Shown: positions 20,001-28,596 of the stretch, in pieces | Layout of the letters: the number at the start of each line of letters is the position of its first letter | How positions within the stretch are numbered: the first letter of the stretch is position 1 | Assembly (NCBI GenBank): GCA_035275065.1 | Contig: DATENM010000014.1 | Coordinates: forward strand, 151,178 to 215,177 | Direction of reading: 5' to 3' | DNA length: 64,000 nucleotides | DNA from: Blastocatellia bacterium | Lineage (GTDB): Bacteria > Acidobacteriota > Blastocatellia > UBA7656 | Notes under the pieces: generated by a model | What the model was told of the DNA's origin: nothing | Databases searched by the model: none | What the model saw: only the letters and a program-made list of their open reading frames with translations | Position numbers and translations under genes: made by a program

Positions 20001-21609
20001 TGATCTGCGCGCTGGTGATGAGCGCCGCGAACTGCTGGCTCTGCCCGGCGTCGAGCACCGCGCTGGTCGGGCTGAGACTGACTACCGGGCTGAAGCCCGC
20101 GCCGGAAACCATCACGTTGTCTACAGACGACATGGTGTTGACCAGCGACGCCGTCACCAGCATTGGGTAGACGGGACGCGACTGGCTGGTATAAATCAGG
20201 TCGCCGTTTTTGTAGTAATGAACGGCGTTCGATTCGATGGCGATGCGAAAGACATTCTTCGGTTTGTATTTGACCTTGGCTTTGACGCTGCCGTTCTCGA
20301 TGACGAAAGCCTTGCGCGCGCTGTTCAGCTTGATCGCGAAGTTGATGTCGTCAACGGCGGTATGGATCGCATTGCTGTTGCTCAGGCCGCAGATGCGCTC
20401 CTTGTCGTTATCAATGGCGGTGAACTCAACGTAGGCATCGCCATTGGCGACGCTCTGCAAAGAGGTGGCGCTGGCGTCGTCGGCGTCGTTCTGGCCGGCG
20501 GTCTTCTGCACGCTATTGCCGTGCGCCGTGCTGTTGACGAGGTTCGTCCATTCCAGCGTTGAGGCGGCGGTCGGCGGCACCCCCGCGATGAAGACATCCT
20601 GACGCGCGCCGCTGCCGCTGCCGAAAAGCGCAAACCGCCCGTCGCGCGACAGCCGCTCGCGCGGCCAGGTGTTTGCCGCATCATTAGCGGTACTCAGCAC
20701 GTCACGCCCGCCGCTCTGCGCCGACACGGCCGCGCCGGCCTCAGGCTCAAGCTGTACCGCGTCGTGCGCGGATTCTGTCGCAAAGCGCCAGACGCGCGTC
20801 GTCGCGCCGTTGATGACCAGCGCTTCCGCCGATTCATTGAAACGAGCGTTTGTAAAATTCGCTACACCCGCCGCCGGGTCGCTCAGGTCGTAGGTATAGA
20901 GGTTGTCGCCGGTGCGATCCCAAACGATGACCGCCTGCCAGCCGCTCTGCCCGGCTTCGCGCCACGCGAAAGCGAAGCGGTCGTCGGCAGACGGCGACTT
21001 GCTCAAGCGCGCCGCTTCACCGCGCCCAAGCCGGGCGGAAAAGTCCTTGATGATCTGGCTGCGCCGGCTCACCGTGTCATAAGCGACAAGCCGCGCCGCG
21101 CCGTCCGCCGTGTCGAGGCCGAAGATCGTGTTGGCGTCGGCGGCTGACCACGCGAGCGTCTCGGCGGCCAGGCCCTGGCCGTCAAACAGCGGCCCTTCTT
21201 TCAAGAGATTCATCGATGCCGCGTCGAAGCGGTAGAGCGTCGCCACGCCATCGAGGTTGACGATGAAGCGTGTCCCGTCCGCGTTAAAACTGGTCGTTGA
21301 AATGACGCTTGCGGTAAGCGCGTCGTTCTCGTCGGTGACGCGCAGGACGCGGGTGTGGCGCAGGGCGTCTACGTAGACGCTGCCGGCGCGTGGCAGGATG
21401 GCTGCGTGGTTGTCGTTGCGGCGCGCGGCGCCGAAGATGACGGTCTGCTGCGCGATCATCAACACGATGATTGAGCAGACGCTGAAAGACTTGGATCTCA
21501 TACCCACCTCACTCTTCACTTGTGACCGGTTGCCGAATGAGGGCCGCAACACTGAAGTCGAGTTGTGTTTCTGGTCTATTGAGGGGCCAGTCGTCTGAAG
21601 CGCGGCCAA
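17086..21609 (-). CDS. Giant secreted multidomain protein: two TolB/PD40-like propellers, three fibronectin type III domains, repeated lectin-like (LamG-like?) modules, poly-Gly linkers
   Basis: 1507 aa. The probable start is MRSKSFSV (about 21498) with a signal-peptide-like h-region. Three FN3-like repeats carry the W.T...S.T.V.YG.T..YG......HS..L.GL...T.YHFRV signature. The propeller region (KTDKNVYAEPAPPALP...HHHSVYRDYWDTPRADLSRDGQFAIFTSNWGSTSRRDVFIVKIPP) is paralogous to 5383-7356. There are three copies of the ~150 aa W.G..NC...F.A.E.....CGL....IDFAIKL...GDVF.I..E...V.YYKNG module. Confidence 0.7.
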   Translation of the reverse strand: MAALQTTGPSIDQKHNSTSVLRPSFGNRSQVKSEVGMRSKSFSVCSIIVLMIAQQTVIFGAARRNDNHAAILPRAGSVYVDALRHTRVLRVTDENDALTASVISTTSFNADGTRFIVNLDGVATLYRFDAASMNLLKEGPLFDGQGLAAETLAWSAADANTIFGLDTADGAARLVAYDTVSRRSQIIKDFSARLGRGEAARLSKSPSADDRFAFAWREAGQSGWQAVIVWDRTGDNLYTYDLSDPAAGVANFTNARFNESAEALVINGATTRVWRFATESAHDAVQLEPEAGAAVSAQSGGRDVLSTANDAANTWPRERLSRDGRFALFGSGSGARQDVFIAGVPPTAASTLEWTNLVNSTAHGNSVQKTAGQNDADDASATSLQSVANGDAYVEFTAIDNDKERICGLSNSNAIHTAVDDINFAIKLNSARKAFVIENGSVKAKVKYKPKNVFRIAIESNAVHYYKNGDLIYTSQSRPVYPMLVTASLVNTMSSVDNVMVSGAGFSPVVSLSPTSAVLDAGQSQQFAALITSAQIMGMNWSASGGTISDRGLYTAPATAGTYTVTATLSAVPPVVATATVTVKSVGDTRPPVISAVASSGITANAATVTWTTDEASDTQADYGTTTAYGSSTALNSTKATTHSASLTGLAASTTYHFRVKSRDASSNLATSGDYTFTTAASTGGGGGGGGGTTTAPVISVISTGGLTTSGATVSWTTDKACDTQVEYGASASYGSSTALNSAQVTAHSASLTGLLAGAVYHFRVKSRDAAGNLVTSGDQTFMTGSNASSSSGSGSTGTDPLKTDKNVYAEPAPPALPAAGGTLVDPVFGTTIMRVTDERDGSSNTNSYSYWPSLNRNSTRLVVFVNNGNPTLYDFDPVNFRIANKRNLFAVPMPGGGYPWNDDINWSGTDADVIYCHSGMKLYAYNVVSNSYTLVKDFAGQAPGANLFQMAKSLDDNAFGFTLKDANWNVIGYMGWQRAQNNLYTAQTTAVDEVQVDKSGQYLYVLTGDQSSASAINGKVINLQAKQVVNLTDGAPDFSPGHKDCGQGTVIGSDHWNNSLNIRPLANPHQVTTVLSWANDWSQSNHISFLGDNEGWLLVSMFLANSLPNSGVFKNELYLVSTDGSQRVRRIAHHHSVYRDYWDTPRADLSRDGQFAIFTSNWGSTSRRDVFIVKIPPASGGGGSDTTAPVVSAVGGANVTGTGATINWATNEASDTQVDYGATASYGSSTALNSTKATSHSASLSGLAANTTYHFRVKSRDAAGNLATSGDMLFTTPSAGSSSGGGGGGGGGGGGGGGGTGGTPQNVVWTGMVNCAASGNSLQKNGGRDDSADAGARSQQSLASGDGYLQFTAQETNKLRFCGLARNPAVPDYAGIDFAIKLTDYGVAEVREANVYKWELPYTTGDVFCISIEGGVVKYYKNGTAFYSSTRAVSYPLIVEAAFIPLSGTIANALIAATTGTLARSEAPQSTETLRLAVWSGAEVGFESFDKRWVMALQRRRSRVAS

Positions 21610-22603
21610 TCGTCTCGCAGGGACTTGAGCCGTTGACCACCCGAGGGGCGGGTAGAGCTATCGCTTCAGTGTCCGCGCAAGGCGTGCGCGAACCGACAGT
21701 GAAAGACCTGTTGAAGCCGCTCGTGGCTTCTTGAAAACACAGTCTGTCGTGAGCGTGAGTAAAGGTGGTGAATGCGGAGGAGTCGTTCGCTGTTTCATCT
21801 CATAACCTCATCTTTATCGCCTGTCTGTCGTGGCCTGGGGCCGCTTTCCTACGCGGCCTCTCGTCGCCATGAGCGTTGCGATTTGGGATATTGCCCGACC
21901 ACAGTCGTGGCAAAACATCAGGGGACTTCCTGCGATGTGGAGTGAGATGAACTTCTAAGGAAGGAGCATCTCACTTCGGTAACCAGTCATCCTTCGGAAG
22001 TAAAAAGTAAAAAGTTAAAAGGAAAAAGTGGGAAGCCAGTGTGGCAGTTACTTTTGCCTTTCTACTTTTTACTTTTTACTTGTCAAAGGCCTTGGCTTTG
22101 CGACCCGGAATCACTTCCGGTGTGCCTTTATCGGTGAAACGACCGCGCCGGCTCATGCCGAGCCGAACGCGGATTTTGGCGGGATTCGTAACAGTTTGGG
22201 AAAGCACTTGCCATCGCAGTGTCGATGTCGAAGTGTGATGATCTTTACAAACTGTCCCGGCCCGCCAGATCAAAGATCGATGAATTGGTCGCTTATCAAC
22301 CTTCATGCGTTTTCGCGAATCTTGCCGCGAATACGATCAGGACGATATGGGGCCAATTACGCCGCTGGGTGAGCAAGCAGCGTTCCATCAGAATGGAGGC
22401 TCTGCATATATAAGGAAGGCGCGGCACGGGCAGCGCCTATGGCCTCTGAATTTTTTTCATAGCGACCGGTGGCGACGATGTAAATTCTTCCGACGCGGCG
22501 GCGGCGTCATTCAGGAATCCGGCGCGCATTGGTCATTTCAACCGAGCGAGAACTACCTGCACCGCCAGCGTCGCAGCGACGCCGAGAAGGGATTGAGGAG
22601 GAG

Positions 22604-24520
22604 ATGAAATCAGCGCTCGCCATCGTAACGCCCGACAACGCCGCGGCGCGGCCCGCGTCAGGCGATGAGGCACGCGATACGATCAAGCCCCTTCTGGCAA
22701 CAGACAAGTTCTCTGCCGTCAGCCTCACCGATTTCTCCCTGCTCGACGGCATCCTGGAAAAGTGGCAGGACCTGGCGGAGCAGTCGGTCGAGCGCAATCC
22801 GTTTTTTGAGCCTGAAATGTTACGGCCCGCGCTCGCGCGTTCCGGCGCAGGCGCTGACCTGCGCGTGGTGCTGATCTACGCCCCCAATCGCGCACGGCCC
22901 GCCGAGCCATTGCTGTGCGGCGTCTTTCCGCTGGTGCGTCGCCGGCATCAAGCGATGCCTTGCCGGGCGCTCAGTCTGTGGCTGTACGAAGGTTGCGAGC
23001 TGGGGACGCCGCTCGTCCGCGCCGCGCAAGCCGAGCCCACGATGGAAGCGTTCTTTGCGTGGCTCGCCGCCGCCGACCACAGCTGCGCATTGATGGAATT
23101 CAACCGCGTCAGCGGCGAAGGCGCGTTTCATCATCTGCTGGTTGACTACCTCGATCATAATGCCGTGCTGCACCACGCCAACGATTACTCTGGCTCGAGT
23201 GACGGAACGGGTGATCGGCTGCTGCGCGACGTAACGGTCGGCACAGGCGGCCAGCGCGGCGACCTGACGGTTTCGCTGCTGCCGCTGCGCCGCTGGCTCG
23301 GCCACCCGGGCAAGCGCGCCGTACAACCGCAACCCGGCAAGATGTTCGCGGTCGCCGTCGAAGACGCCGCGCAGCTTGAACAGTATGCCGATGATTGGGA
23401 AGCACTGGCCGAGTCGGTCGGCGAGCCCAACCCATTTTACGAGCGCTGGATGTTCGAGCCGGCGCTTGCCGCCTTTGGCAAAGAGCGGCGCTTGATCTTC
23501 GTTTTCATTTTCGCAGCCGACACGGACTCGTCTTCAGACCGGCCACGGCCCTGCGGCTTCTTCCCGCTCGACCTCGGCAAGCGTTACGATGGGCTGGGCA
23601 GGCCGCTGCCGCTGAAGACGATCAGCCTGTGGAAGCACAAGTACGGTTACCTCTGCACGCCGCTGGTGCGCGAGGGCTGCGCCGCTGAAACGATTGCAGC
23701 GTTTTTCGCGTGGCTCGACAGGTTCGCGCATGGCGCGGCGCTGATGGATTTTCGTTACCTTGCCGAAGGGCCGTTTCATCGGGCGCTGGTCGAATATCTG
23801 CATCACACGGAGCGCCCGCACTATCTGGCGCAATCCTTCACGCGGGCTTTGCTCAACAAGCGCACGGATGCGACCACTTATCTGCGCGAGGCGTTGTCGC
23901 GCGAGCATCGCAAAGACCTGCGTCGCAAAGAGCGGCGGCTTGCCGAGAGCGACACGATTGAATACGCGGCGATGGGGCCAGACGACGACCCGCGCGCCTG
24001 GATCGCCGAATACATGGCGGTCGAAGATATTAGCTGGAAAGGCAAGCAGAATTGCGCGCTCTCTAGCACACCGGGCGAGCGCGAGTTCTTTGAAGCCATC
24101 GCGCTTGCGGCCTTCGCGCGCGGCCGCCTGATGATGCTTTCATTGCGCGCCGCGGGCCGCGCCATCGCCTGCAAGTGCAATTTCATTGCCGGGCGCGGCG
24201 CTTATGCCTTCAAGATCGCCTACGACGAGGAGTTCGCCGCGGCGTCGCCGGGCGTCCTGCTCGAAATGGAAAACATTCGCCGCATGCATGCGAGCGCGGC
24301 GATGGAATGGATGGACTCGTGCGCCAACCCGCACAACGCCATGATTAATCGCCTGTGGCTCGACCGCCTGCCGGTGCAGAGCATCGCCGTCAGCCGCGGG
24401 CGGCGCGGGCGGCTCGCGGTGGCGCTGATGCCGCTGTTGAAGTGGGCCAACCGCCAGGTCTTTCGCCGCAACCTGTCGCGCCGCTCGCCGGCCCGCGCCA
24501 TTCAGATCATCGCGCGGTGA
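22604..24520 (+). CDS. CelD/BcsL-like GNAT acetyltransferase (FemAB superfamily) with a duplicated N-terminal half-domain
   Basis: GGAGGAG lies before the ATG at 22604. Two homologous ~200 aa segments (...NPFFEPEMLRPALA...LWLYEGCELGTPLV...AFFAWLAAADHSCALMEFNRVSGEGAFHHLLVDYL / ...NPFYERWMFEPALA...LWKHKYGYLCTPLVREG...AFFAWLDRFAHGAALMDFRYLAEGPFHRALVEYL) precede a C-terminal acetyltransferase-like region. Confidence 0.55.
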   Translation: MKSALAIVTPDNAAARPASGDEARDTIKPLLATDKFSAVSLTDFSLLDGILEKWQDLAEQSVERNPFFEPEMLRPALARSGAGADLRVVLIYAPNRARPAEPLLCGVFPLVRRRHQAMPCRALSLWLYEGCELGTPLVRAAQAEPTMEAFFAWLAAADHSCALMEFNRVSGEGAFHHLLVDYLDHNAVLHHANDYSGSSDGTGDRLLRDVTVGTGGQRGDLTVSLLPLRRWLGHPGKRAVQPQPGKMFAVAVEDAAQLEQYADDWEALAESVGEPNPFYERWMFEPALAAFGKERRLIFVFIFAADTDSSSDRPRPCGFFPLDLGKRYDGLGRPLPLKTISLWKHKYGYLCTPLVREGCAAETIAAFFAWLDRFAHGAALMDFRYLAEGPFHRALVEYLHHTERPHYLAQSFTRALLNKRTDATTYLREALSREHRKDLRRKERRLAESDTIEYAAMGPDDDPRAWIAEYMAVEDISWKGKQNCALSSTPGEREFFEAIALAAFARGRLMMLSLRAAGRAIACKCNFIAGRGAYAFKIAYDEEFAAASPGVLLEMENIRRMHASAAMEWMDSCANPHNAMINRLWLDRLPVQSIAVSRGRRGRLAVALMPLLKWANRQVFRRNLSRRSPARAIQIIAR

Positions 24521-24551
24521 ACCATAAGGCTTGATAAGTAGAGTGGAAGTG

Positions 24552-25481
24552 ATGACCTCAAGCAGCAGCTTCGCAATGATTCAACCGAAGGTTGGCGCAG
24601 GGTCGAGCCAGTCAGCGACCGCGCGGCTGGAGATCAAGGCTGACGACTTTCGCGCCGGCTTCAACCGCCAGCCGTTTCTGATCGGCCATCATCTGGCCGG
24701 CCATCCGCTATTCGAGCTGCCGCAATTGCTAGGGCTGGCCTGCCGTCTTCCCGAAGCCTGTGTCGCTTACAACGCCGGCAACATTGCGGTCGCCGAAGGT
24801 CTGTATAAAGGCCCGCGCACCGGCCTGTCGGTCGAAGAGACGATCCGCCGCATCGAAGATTGCCAGTCGTGGATGGTCTTAAAGCATGTCGAGATGGACG
24901 GCGAATACAACGCGCTGCTCGATCAATGCCTTGATGAAGTGCAAACGCACTCTGAGCCGTTAGCGCCAGGCATGCACAAGCGCGAAGGGTTCATCTTCAT
25001 CAGCTCGCCCGCCTCTGTGACGCCTTACCACCTTGACCCCGAATACAACTTCTTGTTGCAGATTCGCGGCAGCAAGTCTGTGCATATCTGGAGCCCCGAA
25101 GATCGCACGGTGTTGACTGACGAAGACCTCGAAGATTTCTACACGTCAGAGGCGCAGAACAATCTCAGGTTCAAGCCTGAGCATGAGCCCCGCGCTTTCG
25201 TCTTCGAGCTGACGCCGGGATGCGGCCTGCATTTTCCGGTGACCGCGCCGCACTGGGTCGAAAACGGCGGCGGCGTCTCTGTGTCGTTCAGCATCACGTT
25301 TCGGACGCCGGCGAGCGAGCGCCGCGCCATCGTTTATGGCGTCAACGCCGCGTTGCGCCGCCGCGGCTGGAAACCGAAACCCGTAGGCCGCTCCGCAATG
25401 CTCGACGCAATGAAGTATCACGCCGGGCGACTGGCGCGGCGATTCAAGCCCCTCAACAATCCCGCAACCGCGCGTCCCTGA
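24552..25481 (+). CDS. JmjC/cupin-like domain protein (putative Fe(II)/2OG hydroxylase)
   Basis: The HxD...H arrangement (YHLDPEYNFLLQIRGSKSVHIW ... HFPVTAPHWVENGG) is typical of cupin_8/JmjC. It sits 10-30 nt downstream of the GNAT gene and is probably co-transcribed. The alternative start is 24531. Confidence 0.55.
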   Translation: MTSSSSFAMIQPKVGAGSSQSATARLEIKADDFRAGFNRQPFLIGHHLAGHPLFELPQLLGLACRLPEACVAYNAGNIAVAEGLYKGPRTGLSVEETIRRIEDCQSWMVLKHVEMDGEYNALLDQCLDEVQTHSEPLAPGMHKREGFIFISSPASVTPYHLDPEYNFLLQIRGSKSVHIWSPEDRTVLTDEDLEDFYTSEAQNNLRFKPEHEPRAFVFELTPGCGLHFPVTAPHWVENGGGVSVSFSITFRTPASERRAIVYGVNAALRRRGWKPKPVGRSAMLDAMKYHAGRLARRFKPLNNPATARP

Positions 25482-25512
25482 ATCAAGTCATTCTTGCCTG
25501 CCGAATGATGCG

Positions 25513-25541
25513 TTGACAGCCGCTAGCCGCGTTGGTAAGCT
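25513..25541 (+). promoter_or_regulatory. Sigma-70-like promoter candidate for rpsU
   Basis: TTGACA (25513-25518), a 17-nt spacer, then TAAGCT (25536-25541). A small T-rich-loop hairpin gactcgg-tttttttat-cgagtc follows at 25557-25578 in the leader. Confidence 0.35.
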
Positions 25542-25632
25542 AAAAAGCTTGGAAGCGACTCGGTTTTTTTATCGAGTCATGTCTGTAGGCCAAAATAGAT
25601 TAAAACCCGCTATGAATTTTCGGAGGTATTGA

Positions 25633-25839
25633 GTGGCAAGAGTACAGGTTCACGATAACGAGAGTATTGAAAGCGCCATCCGTCGCTTCAAGCGCGCCGT
25701 CGCCCGCGAAGGCATTATCACCGACACCAAAAAGCACGCCTTTTATCTGAAACCGGGCGAGCGCCGCCGCCTGAAATCGCAGGTCGCCCGCCGCCGCGCT
25801 CGCAAGAGCATGCGCAAGCGCACCACCAGCGACGAATAA
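25633..25839 (+). CDS. rpsU: 30S ribosomal protein S21
   Basis: 68 aa, MARVQVHDNESIESAIRRFKRAVAREGIITDTKKHAFYLKPGERRRLKSQVARRRARKSMRK. It uses a GTG start with GGAGG 7 nt upstream. Confidence 0.9.
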   Translation: MARVQVHDNESIESAIRRFKRAVAREGIITDTKKHAFYLKPGERRRLKSQVARRRARKSMRKRTTSDE

Positions 25840-25845
25840 AGAATA

Positions 25846-25964
25846 GGAAGCAGGAGGCAGGAGGCAGGAGGCAGTTGCTGATCGCCAGGCATTATTTGCC
25901 TCTGGTCGTCGCGACAGTTTGCCTATCCTCTGGACTGCTTCCTGCCACCTGCTTCCTGCCTCCT
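25846..25964. repeat. Heptamer-arm palindromic element, (GCAGGAG)n / (CTCCTGC)n family, copy A
   Basis: The left arm is ggaagcaggaggcaggaggcaggaggcag and the right arm is ctgcttcctgccacctgcttcctgcctcct, with a loop of about 60 nt. It lies between convergent rpsU (+) and the HEAT gene (-). Confidence 0.8.
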
Positions 25965-25966
25965 AA

Positions 25967-26743
25967 TCATTGGTCCGGCGCGGCGCGCAAACGGCGCAGC
26001 GCCTCTTGCATCTGGCTTCGGGTTTCTTCTTCACGCTCACCGGTCACCGCGTCATTGAGCGCGCTCAAAGCGCGCTTGTCGCCGATGTCTGCCAGCGCCA
26101 GCGCCGCCGCCAGCTTCACCGTCCGCGACTCATCCTTAAGCAGCAGAATCAGCGATTCAACCGCCCGCCGGTCGTGCAGGTCGCCGAGCGCCGCTGCCGC
26201 CGTCGCGCGCACATCGGGCGCTGGCTCCCTGACTAAAAGCAACAGCGCCGGCACGGCGCGCTCATCCCGCAACGCGCCCAACCCCATCACCGCCGCCGCG
26301 CAGACGCTCGTGTTCGAGTCTTTCAAGGCGAGCATCAACGGCTCGACGGCGCGCTTGTCGCCCAACTGGCCCAGCACGCGGGCCGCGGCGCTACGCACAA
26401 AAGCCACCTCGTCTTTCAGCAGGGCCATCAGCGGCTCGACGGCGCGTTTGTCCGGCAAGCCGCCGAGCGCGTTGGCCGCCGCGGCGCGCACGCCGGCGTC
26501 CGTGTCTTTGAGCATAGCGATCAGCGGCTCGACGGCGCGCGCGTCTTCCATCTCGGCCAGCTTGTCAATGGCGTCGTGGCGGTCGGCTGCCGTCGCGCTC
26601 TTCAATCGCTGCACCTGCTTGGCGAAGTCATCGGGCTTCTGCGCCGCCGAAGCCGAGCCTTGAAGCGCGCCGCACCAGCCCGCCACCGGCAGCGCCAGGC
26701 CCAGCCCATAGACCACAATCATGATTTTCAGCTTCATCATCAT
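25967..26743 (-). CDS. Secreted PBS-lyase-type HEAT-repeat protein
   Basis: Start placed at ATGATGATG (26743), which overlaps the upstream gene's TGA (ATGA). There is a signal peptide MMMKLKIMIVVYGLGLALPVAGWCGA. Five or more repeats match the pattern in KRAVEPLMALLKDEVAFVRSAAARVLGQLGD. Confidence 0.7.
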   Translation of the reverse strand: MMMKLKIMIVVYGLGLALPVAGWCGALQGSASAAQKPDDFAKQVQRLKSATAADRHDAIDKLAEMEDARAVEPLIAMLKDTDAGVRAAAANALGGLPDKRAVEPLMALLKDEVAFVRSAAARVLGQLGDKRAVEPLMLALKDSNTSVCAAAVMGLGALRDERAVPALLLLVREPAPDVRATAAAALGDLHDRRAVESLILLLKDESRTVKLAAALALADIGDKRALSALNDAVTGEREEETRSQMQEALRRLRAAPDQ

Positions 26744-27123
26744 TGATCCCTGGCTATTAATTTGATTATCGAGATGCCCAGATTGACGGCCAGTGCGATG
26801 ATCGCGGCGACGAGGAGATAGACCGGCCCGCCAATGACCACCACCGCCCACTCTTCGATCTGCCACCGAAAAGTGAGCAAAAATACAAAGAGAAAAAGGG
26901 CCAGCGCCAGCACCGCCGCCGACAAAGTGGCGAGCTTGCCGGCGCTGCCGAGTTGCGCATACGTCGCCCAGGCGCGAATCAACGGGGCATAAATCCAGGC
27001 TAACCAGGAATCGCTTGCCCACTGACCGCCGGCAATCGCCCAGACCGCGCCGAAAACGTATAGCAGGCTCGCGGCCAGGACGCTTAAATTCAGAGCCAAC
27101 CGCAAGCGGGCCAGCCGCGCCAT
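26740..27123 (-). CDS. Small integral membrane protein (about 4 TM helices)
   Basis: 127 aa, hydrophobic throughout. Its stop overlaps the downstream HEAT gene's start. Confidence 0.5.
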   Translation of the reverse strand: MARLARLRLALNLSVLAASLLYVFGAVWAIAGGQWASDSWLAWIYAPLIRAWATYAQLGSAGKLATLSAAVLALALFLFVFLLTFRWQIEEWAVVVIGGPVYLLVAAIIALAVNLGISIIKLIARDQ

Positions 27124-27138
27124 CGGTGTTGACGACGG

Positions 27139-27318
27139 CTAACTGCCGAACATACCGCCGAGCTTATCACCCAGCCCGCCCGGCAGCTTGCCGAGCAGCG
27201 ATGACGCCTGCTCGGGATGCTCTTTGAAGAAGTTGAGCACCGTGTCTACAGACTGCTCGGCCTTCTGTTGATCCAAGCCTACCTTCGAAACCAGCAATGA
27301 TACCAGTTGTTCTTTCAT
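27139..27318 (-). CDS. Small hypothetical protein (59 aa), first gene of a 3-gene minus-strand operon
   Basis: MKEQLVSLLVSKVGLDQQKAEQSVDTVLNFFKEHPEQASSLLGKLPGGLGDKLGGMFGS. GGGGAG lies upstream, and the next gene starts 15 nt downstream. It is below the ORF-track length cutoff. Confidence 0.4.
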   Translation of the reverse strand: MKEQLVSLLVSKVGLDQQKAEQSVDTVLNFFKEHPEQASSLLGKLPGGLGDKLGGMFGS

Positions 27319-27371
27319 TATCTCCCCTTTAAAAAATCCTGCCGCCTCAAGGCGCGGCGCATCGTTTCGGC

Positions 27372-28544
27372 TTACACAATCTCTCTGAGAAAGCTGCGGC
27401 CCGCCTGCAACTCCAGGCCGAAGTTTTCGGCGACCGTCTGCCCCAGATCAGCAAGCGAGGCGCGTGTGCCTAGATTGACGCCGGCGCGAGCGCGGCGGCC
27501 CCAGCCCAGCACCGGCACATATTCGCGGGTGTGGTCGGTCGAAACATCGCCCGGGTCGCAGCCGTGATCCGCGGTTATTAAAAGCAAGTCGTCATCGCGC
27601 ATCGCCTGTTGAATCTCCGGCAATTGCGCGTCGAAGGCTTCGAGAGCGCGAGCGTAGCCTTCGACATCGTTGCGATGGCCGTAGAGCATATCGAAGTCAA
27701 CGAGATTGGTGAAGATCAAGCCGCGCGGCGTCGTCTGTAACGCCTTGAGCGTTTGCTCGACGCTGGCGTTGTTGTTGCCGGCTTTCAACTCTTCAGTCGT
27801 GCCGCGATGGCAGAAGATCGAGCCGATCTTGCCGACTGCCGCGACCGCCAGATCAGCCGCCTTTAAACGATCAAGCAAGGTGTCGGCGGGCGGATCGATA
27901 GCGTAATCCTGGCGCGCTTCGGTGCGGCGAAAGTCGCCCGGCGTGCCGATGAACGGGCGGGCAATGACGCGCCCAACTTCGTCTGCGCCGACGAGCAAGG
28001 CGCGGGCGATCTTGCACCACTCATAGAGCTGTTCGAGCGGCACCACCTCTTCGTGAGCGGCGATTTGAAAGACGCTGTCGGCTGAAGTGTAAACAATCGG
28101 GTGGCCTGTGCGGACGTGCTCCTCGCCCAGCTCCTTGATGATCTCGGTTCCCGACGCCGGCTTGTTGCCAATCACCGGGCGACCGATGGCGCGCTCGAAG
28201 GCTTCGATGATGTGCGGCGGAAAGCCGTGCGGGTAAGTCGGAAAGGGCCGGGCGGTGATGAGGCCGCCCATCTCCCAGTGGCCGGTCGTCGTGTCCTTGC
28301 CGCGCGAAGCGGTGGCGGCGCGGCCATAGATGCCTGTGGGGGTGGCGACCGGCTCGATGGGCAAGCGGCGGATGTTGCCGAGTCCCAGAGCTTGTAGATT
28401 CGGCACGCGCACGTCACGCGAACCGAGCGTATGGCCGAGCGTATCCGCCCCCAGATCGCCATAATCCGCGGCGTCGGGCATCTCGCCGATGCCACAGCTA
28501 TCCAGCACGATCAACACCACGCGATTGAAAGGTTGCTCAAGCAT
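27372..28544 (-). CDS. deoB: Phosphopentomutase
   Basis: The N-terminus [32 protein letters not shown] and overall length match DeoB. GGGGAG lies before the ATG. Confidence 0.85.
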   Translation of the reverse strand: MLEQPFNRVVLIVLDSCGIGEMPDAADYGDLGADTLGHTLGSRDVRVPNLQALGLGNIRRLPIEPVATPTGIYGRAATASRGKDTTTGHWEMGGLITARPFPTYPHGFPPHIIEAFERAIGRPVIGNKPASGTEIIKELGEEHVRTGHPIVYTSADSVFQIAAHEEVVPLEQLYEWCKIARALLVGADEVGRVIARPFIGTPGDFRRTEARQDYAIDPPADTLLDRLKAADLAVAAVGKIGSIFCHRGTTEELKAGNNNASVEQTLKALQTTPRGLIFTNLVDFDMLYGHRNDVEGYARALEAFDAQLPEIQQAMRDDDLLLITADHGCDPGDVSTDHTREYVPVLGWGRRARAGVNLGTRASLADLGQTVAENFGLELQAGRSFLREIV

Positions 28545-28596
28545 CGATTCGCTCCCCTGCCTGCGATTCTATGCCGTCAGCCGATGCGACACAAGA

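Noticed and set aside
22076-22306. ORF 22076-22306 - (76 aa) in the AT-rich intergenic region
   Set aside because: It has no RBS, an odd composition, and overlaps another short ORF on the other strand. I found no tRNA-like cloverleaf here either.
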